Below are positions 35,815 to 49,415 of a stretch of 64,000 nucleotides of DNA, piece after piece (position 1 is the first letter of the stretch; every line of letters starts with the position of its first letter). Source of the DNA: Pseudomonadales bacterium (GTDB lineage: Bacteria > Pseudomonadota > Gammaproteobacteria > Pseudomonadales > IMCC2047); contig OZ246007.1 in the NCBI GenBank assembly GCA_965230515.1, forward strand, positions 3,476,261 through 3,540,260, in the 5' to 3' direction. A program made the translations under genes and the position numbers. The notes under the pieces are model-generated. The model made no database searches and had not been told where the DNA came from. It was given only the letters and a program-made list of their open reading frames with translations.

Positions 35815-37908
35815 ATGGCAGGACTCAATTTCAAAATAAAAACCAAAATGGTCATTATTGTGATGGCCGTTGCGATGCTCGGTATGCTTGGTATCGGTAT
35901 CCCGCAGGTGTTAAAGACGATCCGTTTGATTGAAGCCAACCAAAGCCGCAGTCTTGAAAGCGCGATGCAGATACTGGGGCATAACCTGTCAGCTTCGGTG
36001 CTGTTCCAGGATGAAGAGAGTGCCCAGGAACTGTTGCAATCGATGGGCGGGGATCCCTCGATTATCCTGGTCAGGGTGGTGTCAAATGACACCCGATTTG
36101 GTGTAGCTTTCCGAAATGATAAATTTCCATCCGAAGCACATCTTATTGAATCGGGGACGCTGAAAACGGAGCAGCTCTCGAAGCAAAATATTCTCTATAT
36201 CCGTCAGTTGGTTCAGCATGACGGCCAATCGGTGGGTGAATTGCATCTTTATGCCTCTGATTTGCAGGTTCAAAGGCAGGTGGTTGACTCCATTCAGGGT
36301 TTCCTGATGGTTTTTCTGGTGGTGGGTGCCGTGGCGCTATGGGTCACCGTACAGCTGCGCAAAACCATCACCCGGCCGGTGTTAAAGCTCAATCGTATTT
36401 CGCAGGCGGTCATGAAAACAGGAGACTATTCACTCAGAGTGGATGTGAATGGTAGTGACGAGTTGGGTCAGCTGGCCCGAGATTTTAACCGCATGCTTGA
36501 ACAGATAGAGAACCGGGATAGAATTCTGGAAAGTACCGTGCAGGAACGTACCAGTGAGTTACAGGGTCTGGCGGAGGACTTCAGGCATCGTGCGTTGCAT
36601 GACGCGTTAACCGGTCTGCCAAACAGGGCATTGCTGGTGGAAAGGTTCCACGGCTGGACCGATAAAGCCAGAGAGGGGGGCGTAAAACTGGGTCTGTTAC
36701 TGATTGACCTGGACAATTTCAAAGTGATCAACGATACCTTGGGACATGAAGTGGGCGATGATCTGCTGAAAATTATCGCCAGTCGCCTTATCGGTGTGAT
36801 CAGGAAACAGGATTTTGTTTGTCGATTGGGTGGTGATGAGTTTGTGCTGGTGATCAATAATTTGGCTGAGATTGCTGACCTGGAGAAAAAAGCCGAGAGT
36901 ATTATGGCGGCTTTTAAGGAGCCGTGTGTTATGAAGGGGCAGCAGTTGGATATTACGTTTAGTGTTGGCGGGAGTGTGTATCCCGATCATGGTAAAGAGT
37001 TGACCGAGTTGAAGCGGTCAGCGGACATTGCCATGTATAGAGCCAAAGAACAGGGGAAAAACCGGTATCAGCTGTTTATGGAGAGTATGGAGGAGAGTGC
37101 CAGGCGGCGCATGCTGGTGCAAAACGAGATTCGCTCGGCAATTCAGAACGAAAGGATCATTGTCCACTATCAACCCAAGGTAAACGCCCGCACCGGTGAG
37201 TTTCTCGGCTGTGAGGCGCTGTGTCGTTGGGATCACCCGGGTGAAGGCATCATTTATCCTGAGAAATTTATTGCCTACGCGGAAGATTGTGGTCTGATTC
37301 ATTATCTGGATTACCATGTGGTGTCAACGGCGGTTAATCAGGTGCTTGAGTGGCACCGCAAAGGCTTTTCGGAGGTGAGGTTGGCGGTCAACCTGTCAGC
37401 CCAGCATTTCAGTAATGAAAATATTGTTGTTTTTATAGAGAATTTGCTCGCAGAAACCGGCTTTCCGGCTTCCTGTCTTGAACTGGAAATTACCGAAGCG
37501 GTATTCATCAGTGAAACCGAGATCGCGAGACACGTGATTCATGAGCTCAGAGCGTTAGGCTGCAAGTTAAGTCTGGATGACTTTGGTGTGGGCTATTCCT
37601 CCCTGAGCTACCTTCGCACTATGCCGGTTAACTGTATTAAACTGGATAAGTCCTTCATTGCATTGCTGAGTCAATCCGCTAAGGATCGCCAGTTAACCCA
37701 GGGAATTATTGCGCTTGCGGAAGGGCTTAATCTCGAGGTGGTTGCTGAGGGTATCGAAACGCGAGAGCAGATGGAATACCTGCTCGAATTGGGGTGTGAC
37801 CAGCATCAGGGTTATTACTACGGCAAACCTATGCCAGTGGCGGCACTGGAAAACTGGATTGAGGCCTGGGATCGTCAAGATCAGCGGGAGCAGATTTACC
37901 TCAATTAG
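35815..37908 (+). CDS. YfiN-like sensor: TM-periplasmic domain-TM-HAMP-GGDEF-EAL protein
   Basis: Two TM helices flank a periplasmic segment of about 125 aa. HAMP is present (RPVLKLNRISQAVMKTGDYS...ELGQLARDFNRM). GGDEF is intact (RLGGDEF) with an RKQD I-site 5 aa upstream. The EAL domain has EALCRW, DDFGVGYSSLSYL, EGIETREQ and QGYYYGKP. Confidence 0.95.
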   Translation: MAGLNFKIKTKMVIIVMAVAMLGMLGIGIPQVLKTIRLIEANQSRSLESAMQILGHNLSASVLFQDEESAQELLQSMGGDPSIILVRVVSNDTRFGVAFRNDKFPSEAHLIESGTLKTEQLSKQNILYIRQLVQHDGQSVGELHLYASDLQVQRQVVDSIQGFLMVFLVVGAVALWVTVQLRKTITRPVLKLNRISQAVMKTGDYSLRVDVNGSDELGQLARDFNRMLEQIENRDRILESTVQERTSELQGLAEDFRHRALHDALTGLPNRALLVERFHGWTDKAREGGVKLGLLLIDLDNFKVINDTLGHEVGDDLLKIIASRLIGVIRKQDFVCRLGGDEFVLVINNLAEIADLEKKAESIMAAFKEPCVMKGQQLDITFSVGGSVYPDHGKELTELKRSADIAMYRAKEQGKNRYQLFMESMEESARRRMLVQNEIRSAIQNERIIVHYQPKVNARTGEFLGCEALCRWDHPGEGIIYPEKFIAYAEDCGLIHYLDYHVVSTAVNQVLEWHRKGFSEVRLAVNLSAQHFSNENIVVFIENLLAETGFPASCLELEITEAVFISETEIARHVIHELRALGCKLSLDDFGVGYSSLSYLRTMPVNCIKLDKSFIALLSQSAKDRQLTQGIIALAEGLNLEVVAEGIETREQMEYLLELGCDQHQGYYYGKPMPVAALENWIEAWDRQDQREQIYLN

Positions 37909-38142
37909 CATGAACAGGCCTTGCAAAAACTTCCGTCTGGAAAAACCTCGAGGTGTATCCTTTTTACGCTATCGGCCATGCCCTGTGTTGGAGAGTCGGC
38001 TTTGTTTAATTTGCTGAATTCCGTCAGGTTGTATAAACCGCCGCGATGCTGCTAATTACTGTAACGGAGTTTGTACAATGCTTGCTTTATGGCCTGAAAA
38101 ATCAGATCATTGTGCCGCAAAATCCTCAGGTATTTAAATGGA

Positions 38143-39195
38143 ATGGTATTTGCCGGAATGCTGAAAAATCACACGTCCTCGTTGAGACGTAACATCCTGT
38201 TAAGTGTATTACTGCTTGCAAGTACTCATTTAGCCATTGCCGCACAGGAAAAAGGTGTTAAAACCCAGCCTTTGTCAGAAGTGGCTTTATACCCTGAGAG
38301 ATCGGCGCCAGCCAGTGTGGTCAGCCTTAACCAGGCGACCATCAGTGCACAGATAAATGCAACGGTTACGCAAATTCCGGTTCGGGTGGGGGATATCGTT
38401 GACAAAGGCGCTATCCTCGCGCGTCTGGATTGCACGGATTATCAGTTCTCCAGCAAAGTAGCGCTGGCTCGCCTTGACGAATTGAAGGCACGTATCCAGC
38501 TTGCCAAACGCCGTGTGAAAAGAGCTGCCAGTCTGTTACAAAAACAATCGGTTTCTGAGCAGACACTGGAGGAGAGGGAGGCTGATCTGGCAGTACTGCA
38601 GGCGAATTATCAAGCCGCTCAGGCCGACCTGGGGGTGGCTGAACTCAATGAGGAACGCTGTGTTGTCCGTAGTCCTTTTCAAGCGCTGGTTCAGGAAAGA
38701 GTCAGCGCACAGGGGGACTACGCGTCAATAGGCCATCCACTGGTGAGAATTCTGGACCTTGATGCAATAGAGGTTTCGGCGCAAGTGTTCGCTCAGGACG
38801 CGCGATACGTAGGCTTTGCTGACAAACTCCATTTCGAACACGCAGGACAGCGATATCCATTGAGTTTAAGGACTGTGCTCCCAGCGATAAATTCGCAAAC
38901 ACGAAATCAGGAAGTGAGATTATTATTCGCTGGCGAGGCCGCTCTGCCTGGTGCGGCAGGAAAGCTGTATTGGCGGGATGTTCGTCCACACGTACCGGCA
39001 CATCTGCTGGTTAAACGGGATGGCCAGCTTGGGCTCTTTATCGTAAGTGAGGGACAGGCCCGGTTTATTGCCATGCCCGCTGCGCAGGCGGGAAGGGCCA
39101 GTCCAACCAACCTGCCGGAGTTGACGCCTTTGGTAGTTGAAGGCCACCTGGGCTTACGTGATGAGGAGCCAGTGTTGAGCGAGGGTGGATCCTGA
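38143..39195 (+). CDS. Efflux RND periplasmic adaptor (membrane fusion protein, HlyD family)
   Basis: Signal/anchor segment, a lipoyl-like block (ISAQINATVTQIPVRVGDIVDKGAILARLD), a coiled-coil hairpin and a beta-barrel region. The start is ambiguous (TTG 38110, ATG 38143 or ATG 38158). Confidence 0.85.
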   Translation: MVFAGMLKNHTSSLRRNILLSVLLLASTHLAIAAQEKGVKTQPLSEVALYPERSAPASVVSLNQATISAQINATVTQIPVRVGDIVDKGAILARLDCTDYQFSSKVALARLDELKARIQLAKRRVKRAASLLQKQSVSEQTLEEREADLAVLQANYQAAQADLGVAELNEERCVVRSPFQALVQERVSAQGDYASIGHPLVRILDLDAIEVSAQVFAQDARYVGFADKLHFEHAGQRYPLSLRTVLPAINSQTRNQEVRLLFAGEAALPGAAGKLYWRDVRPHVPAHLLVKRDGQLGLFIVSEGQARFIAMPAAQAGRASPTNLPELTPLVVEGHLGLRDEEPVLSEGGS

Positions 39196-39252
39196 AAACA
39201 CAAACAGAAAAGTTTCAGATTGATGGCCTGAACGGTTGCTTTCATCATCCAG

Positions 39253-42200
39253 GTGGACAACCGAATAGCCGGGGGCGGGTGCTTGAACTGGCTTAGGCGG
39301 CTGCTATCCAATCATGTCCTGACAAATTTAACCTTTGTACTGGTATTGGTGCTGGGTTTTATGGCTTACCAGCAGCTTCCTCCTGCACGGGACCCAGAAA
39401 TTAATTTCAACTGGATCACCATTATTACCGTGCTTCCGGGCGCTTCTGCAGAGGATATCGAGAGACGTCTCACTGATCCTCTGGAAGAGGCGATCGCGAG
39501 TGGTGTCTCTGATATAAAATTTGTAACCAGTACCAGTCGCGAAGGGATCTCGAATATTCTTGTTCGCTTTAATCAGATAGATGAGAGGACTTTTGACAAG
39601 CGGCTCAGTGATCTGCGGCGTGAAGTTCAGAATACTTACAATGATGAACTGCCGGACGATGCCAATGATCCCATTATATTTGAAATCACCAGCTCCAGCG
39701 GTTTTCCCTCTGCAACTATAGCGGTAACCGGAATTGGTTCGGATGAGAATCTGCGTGTGCAGGCTCGAAATATAAAACGGGATCTGGAACGTTTAAAGGG
39801 CATCGATCGAATTACTCCGATGGGGATGGACGATCCTGAATTACATGTAACCTTTTATCCGCAACAGTTGGAGGGGCTGGGTATCACACCGGCGGATCTG
39901 AGCGATACAGTGCGCGCCTATTTCAGAGATGTTTCTGGTGGGGATGTAAAAACCCGTGACGGGCAATGGCTGGTGCGGCTGGCTGGTACCAGTCCTGATC
40001 CCGAGGTGATGGCCGATTACATGATTATGACTGCCCAGGGAACGGTTACGCTGGGAAGTCTGGCTGAACTGTCGCGATCCAGTGAAGAGCCCTCTGAAAT
40101 TGTCAGCTATAACGGGCAGCCCGCTCTACTTTTGCCGATCGTGAAAAAGGCTAATACCAATGTGCTCGAATTGGTCGATCGGGTTCAACAGTACATCGAT
40201 CAGCGAAATCAGTTCAGTGCCGGTACGGGTGTGAAACTGGTGCTGGTGGATGATCAGACCATCAGTACACGAGATGCGCTGTCGCTGATGCAGAACAATG
40301 CGTTAATCGGTTTAATGCTGGTGTTGCTGGTGACCTGGGTGTTTCTGGGTACACGCGTTGCACTACTCACCAGTATTGGCATTCCCTTTACCTTGGCTGG
40401 TACCTTTTTAACCATCAAGACGATGGGCATGGGGTTGAATAACATGGTGTTATTGGGTGTCGTTATCGCCCTGGGTATGCTGGTTGACGATGCGGTGGTG
40501 GTGGTTGAAACCATGTATCGCCGTTTGCGTGAAGGGATGGCCGGGATTGAAGCGGCAATTGACGCGCTGAGAGAAGTCTTTGCACCGGTGACAACTTCCG
40601 TATTGACCACAATGGCAGCGTTTCTGCCTCTGATGCTGTTACCCGGCATTCTTGGCGAGTTTATGAAAGTCATACCCCTGGTGGTGAGTATTGCTTTGGC
40701 GATAAGCCTGATCGAAGCCTACTGGATGTTGCCTGCGCATGTGAGTGGTGCCGGTATCGGACGGAAAACCACCCAATCGATGCAGCATTGGCGAGAACGA
40801 ATGACCCACCGGGTAAAACTGGCCTATACGCGCATTCTGCTAAAGGCACTTCGTCATCCGGTTATTTCGATCATCGCTTCGCTGGCCATTATTCTGCTGG
40901 CTGTTCTGATTCTGGCGTCAGGGAAAATTCACTTTAACTTTTTTGCTACGGATCCGCTGCGGCTGTTTTACGTTAATGTTGAGATGAAGCGCGGGACGAC
41001 CCTTGAGGATACGGCGAAGCAGGTTCAGGAAGTTGAAAAGAGGTTGTTAACAGTCATTAAACCGGAAGAGCTGCGAGCGTCGGTCGCATATTCCGGGCAA
41101 CAGTTTACAGAGACTGAGCCGTTGTTTGGCGATACCCTGGGGCAGATTATGGTCAGCCTGAATCCTGCCAGCAAGGAAGATCGAAGCGTCGATGAAGTCG
41201 CGGATGTGGTGCTTGCCAGTGTGGCGGATTTTCCAGACACGGAATCGATATCGCTGTTACGCATGAACAATGGTCCTCCAACGATGCGCGCCATCAGTGT
41301 CAAGGTGAGAGGAGATGAATTCGACGAGATTAAGCGGGCTGCTGACCGGTTGATTGATTATATGGAATCGCAGGGAAATTTTAGCAACATTTCACTGGAT
41401 TACCGGCCCGGAAATCCGGAACTGGTTTTGCGACACAATGCTGAGGCAATAAAGCGGACAGGATTGACGCCTGACGTTGTGAGTCGGGCGATTCAGGCTT
41501 ATGTGGATGGGGAGTTAGTGACCAGTTTTCAGGATCAGGGTGAAGAGGTGATGGTTCGGGTGCTGGCAAAGCAGCGAGCGCTGAACAGTATCGATGCCCT
41601 GTTGCGTCAGACGTTGCCTCTGCCCGGTGGCGGTTCTGTAGCATTGGGTGATCTGGTCACCGCTGAGTATGGTCTGGGGCAGTTTAACATCAGGCATTAC
41701 AATTTCCGCCGTACCATTACACTGGAATCTGACATTGATAAAAACAGAATCAATACCGTTCAGGCTAACGATCTGATCAAAGAGGAGTGGCAGAGAATAG
41801 CAGCAGAATTTCCAACGATTAATCTGGATTTTACCGGAGAACTGGATGATATCCAGGAGTCTCTGGATGCAATCTGGATGTTGGGATTGCTGGGGATCGG
41901 TTTAATCTACATCATTCTCGGTACCCAGTTTCACAGTTACTGGCAACCGTTTATGGTGCTGACTTCTTTACCGCTGGCGATCACCGGTGTGGCACTGGGG
42001 TTGTTTGTAACCAGCAACCCCTTAAGTCTTTATACACTTTATGGTGTGGTGGCACTGATGGGTATCTCGGTTAACTCGGCTATTGTGTTGATCTCGGCGG
42101 CGAATGCGCGACTGGAAAGTGGTATGAGCGTACTTCATGCGACGGTTTATGCAGCCCGGCGTCGTGTTATTCCAATACTGATTACGTCATTGACCACGAT

Positions 42201-42384
42201 TGCCGGATTATTTTCACTGGCAGCAGGTTTGGCCGGAAAATCGTTGATCTGGGGGCCGGTTGCGACGGCAATTGTCAGTGGCCTGGCAGTCTCAACGCTG
42301 CTGACGCTGTTTGTTATTCCGCTCATCTTCCGCACCACCATGGGGCGCAGTCATCGCGTAGTTGCTCGTGATAGTCATCGTTAG
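39253..42384 (+). CDS. Efflux RND transporter permease (AcrB/AcrD/AcrF family)
   Basis: About 1040 aa with 12-TM RND architecture. Blocks include PEINFNWITIITVLPGASAEDIE, LGMLVDDAVVVVE and VVALMGISVNSAIVLI. The GTG start is uncertain; a TTG at 39283 is an alternative. Confidence 0.95.
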   Translation: MDNRIAGGGCLNWLRRLLSNHVLTNLTFVLVLVLGFMAYQQLPPARDPEINFNWITIITVLPGASAEDIERRLTDPLEEAIASGVSDIKFVTSTSREGISNILVRFNQIDERTFDKRLSDLRREVQNTYNDELPDDANDPIIFEITSSSGFPSATIAVTGIGSDENLRVQARNIKRDLERLKGIDRITPMGMDDPELHVTFYPQQLEGLGITPADLSDTVRAYFRDVSGGDVKTRDGQWLVRLAGTSPDPEVMADYMIMTAQGTVTLGSLAELSRSSEEPSEIVSYNGQPALLLPIVKKANTNVLELVDRVQQYIDQRNQFSAGTGVKLVLVDDQTISTRDALSLMQNNALIGLMLVLLVTWVFLGTRVALLTSIGIPFTLAGTFLTIKTMGMGLNNMVLLGVVIALGMLVDDAVVVVETMYRRLREGMAGIEAAIDALREVFAPVTTSVLTTMAAFLPLMLLPGILGEFMKVIPLVVSIALAISLIEAYWMLPAHVSGAGIGRKTTQSMQHWRERMTHRVKLAYTRILLKALRHPVISIIASLAIILLAVLILASGKIHFNFFATDPLRLFYVNVEMKRGTTLEDTAKQVQEVEKRLLTVIKPEELRASVAYSGQQFTETEPLFGDTLGQIMVSLNPASKEDRSVDEVADVVLASVADFPDTESISLLRMNNGPPTMRAISVKVRGDEFDEIKRAADRLIDYMESQGNFSNISLDYRPGNPELVLRHNAEAIKRTGLTPDVVSRAIQAYVDGELVTSFQDQGEEVMVRVLAKQRALNSIDALLRQTLPLPGGGSVALGDLVTAEYGLGQFNIRHYNFRRTITLESDIDKNRINTVQANDLIKEEWQRIAAEFPTINLDFTGELDDIQESLDAIWMLGLLGIGLIYIILGTQFHSYWQPFMVLTSLPLAITGVALGLFVTSNPLSLYTLYGVVALMGISVNSAIVLISAANARLESGMSVLHATVYAARRRVIPILITSLTTIAGLFSLAAGLAGKSLIWGPVATAIVSGLAVSTLLTLFVIPLIFRTTMGRSHRVVARDSHR

Positions 42385-42415
42385 TCAGATGCTGTGGGTG
42401 AGCTCAGGGTGTGAT

Positions 42416-42820
42416 TTAGGGAACCGTTAGCGGTTCCTGATAATACCAGCGACCATCTATTCTAATGAACAGTGAGCGTTCATGGTGCTGGCAGAGTTGC
42501 TGGTTTTCACTATAGGTGGCGACAAATTCAACCATCCCGTCAGTATCCCGTTCGCCACCATTCTGTACCGCAATCACTGACAGATGAAGCCACTTCACCC
42601 GCTTAAACTGCGCCTTTAATGCGCTGCGGTCTCCAGGTTTTCTATACAATGGATGAAGGGTGTCCAGTAAAAAACGCAGATTGGCTGATGCAAACGCACT
42701 ATAGCGTGCGCGCATCAGCTGTTCGGCGGTGAGAGCCTTTGCCGGATCGTGGTGTATTCGCTTACAGCATTTGGCGTAGGGGGCCAGATTACCGCAGGGG
42801 CACCTGTCTGGATCTGTCAT
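42416..42820 (-). CDS. ychJ: YchJ family protein (SEC-C motif, UPF0225)
   Basis: N-terminal CPCGNLAPYAKCC SEC-C-type metal-binding motif; 134 aa. Confidence 0.85.
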   Translation of the reverse strand: MTDPDRCPCGNLAPYAKCCKRIHHDPAKALTAEQLMRARYSAFASANLRFLLDTLHPLYRKPGDRSALKAQFKRVKWLHLSVIAVQNGGERDTDGMVEFVATYSENQQLCQHHERSLFIRIDGRWYYQEPLTVP

Positions 42821-42835
42821 TTATTAAATCGATGG

Positions 42836-43117
42836 TTATTCGTAGGTACAGAGGTAAGCCGTATCACATTCGACCTTCAACTGAAACTTTTGGTTGGCTT
42901 CGACGATAAACTGTTGTCCCTGAATAAAGGTTTGCCATTGCTCTGAGCCGGGTAGCCTGACGGTGAGTGCACCACTGACAATGGTCATTGTTTCCTTCTG
43001 GCTGGTGCCGAACTCATACTCGCCTTTTGCCATGACACCGACAGTTGCCGGAAGTGTGTCTGCCTGAAAGGCGATGGACTTCACTTTTCCATCAAAATAT
43101 TCATTTACATCAAACAT
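42836..43117 (-). CDS. ppnP: Pyrimidine/purine nucleoside phosphorylase PpnP (YaiE, DUF1255)
   Basis: 93 aa. [17 protein letters not shown]...GEYEFGT is the typical cupin-type PpnP sequence. Confidence 0.85.
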   Translation of the reverse strand: MFDVNEYFDGKVKSIAFQADTLPATVGVMAKGEYEFGTSQKETMTIVSGALTVRLPGSEQWQTFIQGQQFIVEANQKFQLKVECDTAYLCTYE

Positions 43118-43239
43118 ATTAAAAACTCGCTGTTTATGAAAGCGCGCGATTATAGCAGTCTGGTTCTGGGAAGGGGAGATCGCTATAATCCAATATTACA
43201 AATGATCCCTATCTTTACACTATCAAAGAGAATTGAATA

Positions 43240-43581
43240 TTGTCTACAGACCGACACAGTGATCATGTATCGCAAAAAGAAAAATTAAACCTGGAAACCT
43301 CTAAGATTGCCTGGACTGAGTTGCAACGTTTTTTTGCAGGAGGCTATACGCTCTTCGTTTCGACAGATCTGGATCTGCTTGAAGTCGCGGAGGCTATGGC
43401 CGATGATCGGGTGGAGCAACTGCAGGGGTGGGTAGATGCCGGGCTGGTTTCGGGTGTTTCCGATCAGCAGGCCAAAGCGTGGTTGGTGTCGGAAGCAATT
43501 GTCTGGGCAGTGGTTATCCGGCCATGGGTGCTGGTGCAGGAGAAAAGAGCAAACAAAACCGCGAAGCCAGCAGCTCATTAG
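43240..43581 (+). CDS. DUF2288-like protein
   Basis: 113 aa with a TTG start and no in-frame ATG near the N-terminus. The IAWTELQRFFAGG...LLEVAEAMADD pattern resembles DUF2288. The assignment is from memory. Confidence 0.55.
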   Translation: MSTDRHSDHVSQKEKLNLETSKIAWTELQRFFAGGYTLFVSTDLDLLEVAEAMADDRVEQLQGWVDAGLVSGVSDQQAKAWLVSEAIVWAVVIRPWVLVQEKRANKTAKPAAH

Positions 43582-43730
43582 TTAGATATTTTTGGGTGCT
43601 GAACAATTTTGTGTGCTGATTTCGACCGTCCAATTTGTTCTGGATAGTGTCTAAATGTACATCATTTTTGATCATTCTAAGATTGTGATTATCGGGCTTA
43701 ACTGGTAATCTATACTCCCATCTTGAATAG

Positions 43731-46309
<2,579 letters not shown>

Positions 46310-46479
46310 TCGCTGGCGGGAGAGAGTGCTATATCCATCGTACCTGTTTTAGTTTTTTGAGATGAGTTCATTTTTGATGCCAGACCATTCCAGCTTTGGT
46401 TTTGTATCAATCTTCGGTTAAGCAATGGGCGTGTGTTGATACGTATACAGCCTCGGTAGTTGCATTGATATTCATATAA

Positions 46480-47793
<1,314 letters not shown>

Positions 47794-47831
47794 TTGCCCG
47801 GCGCTGATGTCGACTTTTTTAGGATGGAACT

Positions 47832-48140
47832 ATGAGATGGTTCTGGTTACTGCTGTTTGCAATCCTGATTGGCCTGCAATATCGAATATGGGTCGGAGAA
47901 GGAAGTGTGGCTGAAATTTCTGGATTGAAGGCCAGAATTGCAGAGCAGCATGAGCAAAATCAGAGACTGGAAGCGCGTAATGAGCAATTGAAAGCGGAAG
48001 TGGCGGATCTTAAGCAGGGCCTGGAAGCGATTGAAGAAAGAGCCCGTACCGAGTTGGGGATGATAAAAGAGGGTGAAACCTTTTATCAGTTGGTGGAACC
48101 CGATCAAAAGGAAAAGCCTGATTTGGAGCCGCTGCCATGA
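47832..48140 (+). CDS. ftsB: Cell division protein FtsB
   Basis: N-terminal TM segment, a coiled coil, and the ERARTELGMIKEGETFY block. It sits in the conserved position between eno and ispD. Confidence 0.85.
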   Translation: MRWFWLLLFAILIGLQYRIWVGEGSVAEISGLKARIAEQHEQNQRLEARNEQLKAEVADLKQGLEAIEERARTELGMIKEGETFYQLVEPDQKEKPDLEPLP

Positions 48141-48880
48141 CCGCGGAGAGAACTGAATCTCAGGCAGTAGAGCGACAACAGTCGTTTTGGGTCGTCGTGC
48201 CAGCCGCTGGTGTCGGCAAAAGGATGCGGGCAGATAAACCGAAACAGTATCTGCCTTTGGCTGGCAAAACTGTGTTGCAACATACCTTTGACCAATTGCT
48301 ATCGCACCCTCGTGTAGCAGGTTTGGTTGTCGCGGTCGCTGAGGCTGACAAGTTATGGCATAAGTCGGGTTATGCCAATCAACCAAAAATACGTGTGGTT
48401 ATCGGTGGAGAAGAGCGTTGCCACTCGGTGATCAATGGACTTGATTTGTTAGCGGGCGATTTGGCGGAACAAAGTTGGGTGATGGTACATGATGTAGCAA
48501 GACCCTGTATTTCGCATAAGGATCTGGATCAGCTGATTGCAGCGACAGATTCGGCCATTGATGGTGCCGTACTGGGTGTTCCCGTGCGCGATACCATGAA
48601 ACAGGTGAATGAGGCAGAGCAGGTATCCCGCACTGTTGATCGCACTACGCTGTGGCATGCCTTTACACCTCAGGTTTTTCGCTTGGGCGAGCTCAAAAAA
48701 GCACTGGTCGACTGTGTGAAGGATCAACGTCTGGTGACGGATGAATCGTCCGCGATGGAATCAATGGGATATCGCCCTTTGATGGTAAGAGGCAGTGAGA
48801 CCAATATAAAAATTACGCAGCCTAATGATCTTATTATGGCGGAAGCTATTCTGCAGAGAATACAGGGGAGATCCATATAA
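48137..48880 (+). CDS. ispD: 2-C-methyl-D-erythritol 4-phosphate cytidylyltransferase
   Basis: ATGA overlap with ftsB. Blocks VVVPAAGVGKRM...KQYL and VHDVARPC. Confidence 0.9.
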   Translation: MTAERTESQAVERQQSFWVVVPAAGVGKRMRADKPKQYLPLAGKTVLQHTFDQLLSHPRVAGLVVAVAEADKLWHKSGYANQPKIRVVIGGEERCHSVINGLDLLAGDLAEQSWVMVHDVARPCISHKDLDQLIAATDSAIDGAVLGVPVRDTMKQVNEAEQVSRTVDRTTLWHAFTPQVFRLGELKKALVDCVKDQRLVTDESSAMESMGYRPLMVRGSETNIKITQPNDLIMAEAILQRIQGRSI

Positions 48881-48881
48881 A

Positions 48882-49373
48882 ATGACGATCCGTGTTGGGC
48901 ATGGTTTTGATGTGCATCGTTTTGATACTGACGTCCGGTCGGCGACAGAGATCAGGTTGGCAGGAGTATCCATCCCTTGTGAATTCACGTTGGTGGCACA
49001 TTCCGATGGTGATGTGCTGATCCATGCACTCTGTGATGCCCTGCTCGGTGCTGCAGCCCTTGGTGATATTGGTGAACACTTTCCTGATTCGGATGATAGT
49101 TATAAGGATGCGGATAGCCGGGATCTGTTGCGCAGTGTGTTGGCCAAACTGAATCAGTTAGGATGGCAGGTGGTTAATGTCGATCTGACATTGGTGGCCG
49201 AAACCCCCAAAGTTTCAGCCTATAAGGAGCAAATGCGGATTAGCCTGTCCAATGTGATGGCCTGCCAAATCTCTCAGATTAATATCAAGGCAACAACAAC
49301 AGAGGGGCTGGGTTATACGGGTCGTAAGGAGGGTGTAGCCTGTCATGCCGTCGTATTAATCAGCAAGAGTTAG
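48882..49373 (+). CDS. ispF: 2-C-methyl-D-erythritol 2,4-cyclodiphosphate synthase
   Basis: MTIRVGHGFDVHRF...HSDGDVLIHALCDALLGAAALGDIGEHFPD is the canonical IspF sequence. The start is set at the ATG at 48882. Confidence 0.95.
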   Translation: MTIRVGHGFDVHRFDTDVRSATEIRLAGVSIPCEFTLVAHSDGDVLIHALCDALLGAAALGDIGEHFPDSDDSYKDADSRDLLRSVLAKLNQLGWQVVNVDLTLVAETPKVSAYKEQMRISLSNVMACQISQINIKATTTEGLGYTGRKEGVACHAVVLISKS

Positions 49374-49415
49374 TCACCTTTGTCGCATCCTACCGAGTCA
49401 GCCTGTGATTACCCG

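Noticed and set aside
47847-48386. A 179-aa ORF antisense to ftsB and the 5-prime end of ispD.
   Set aside because: It overlaps two well-supported, translationally coupled core genes. It has a low-complexity Gln/Leu/Arg composition and no start context.
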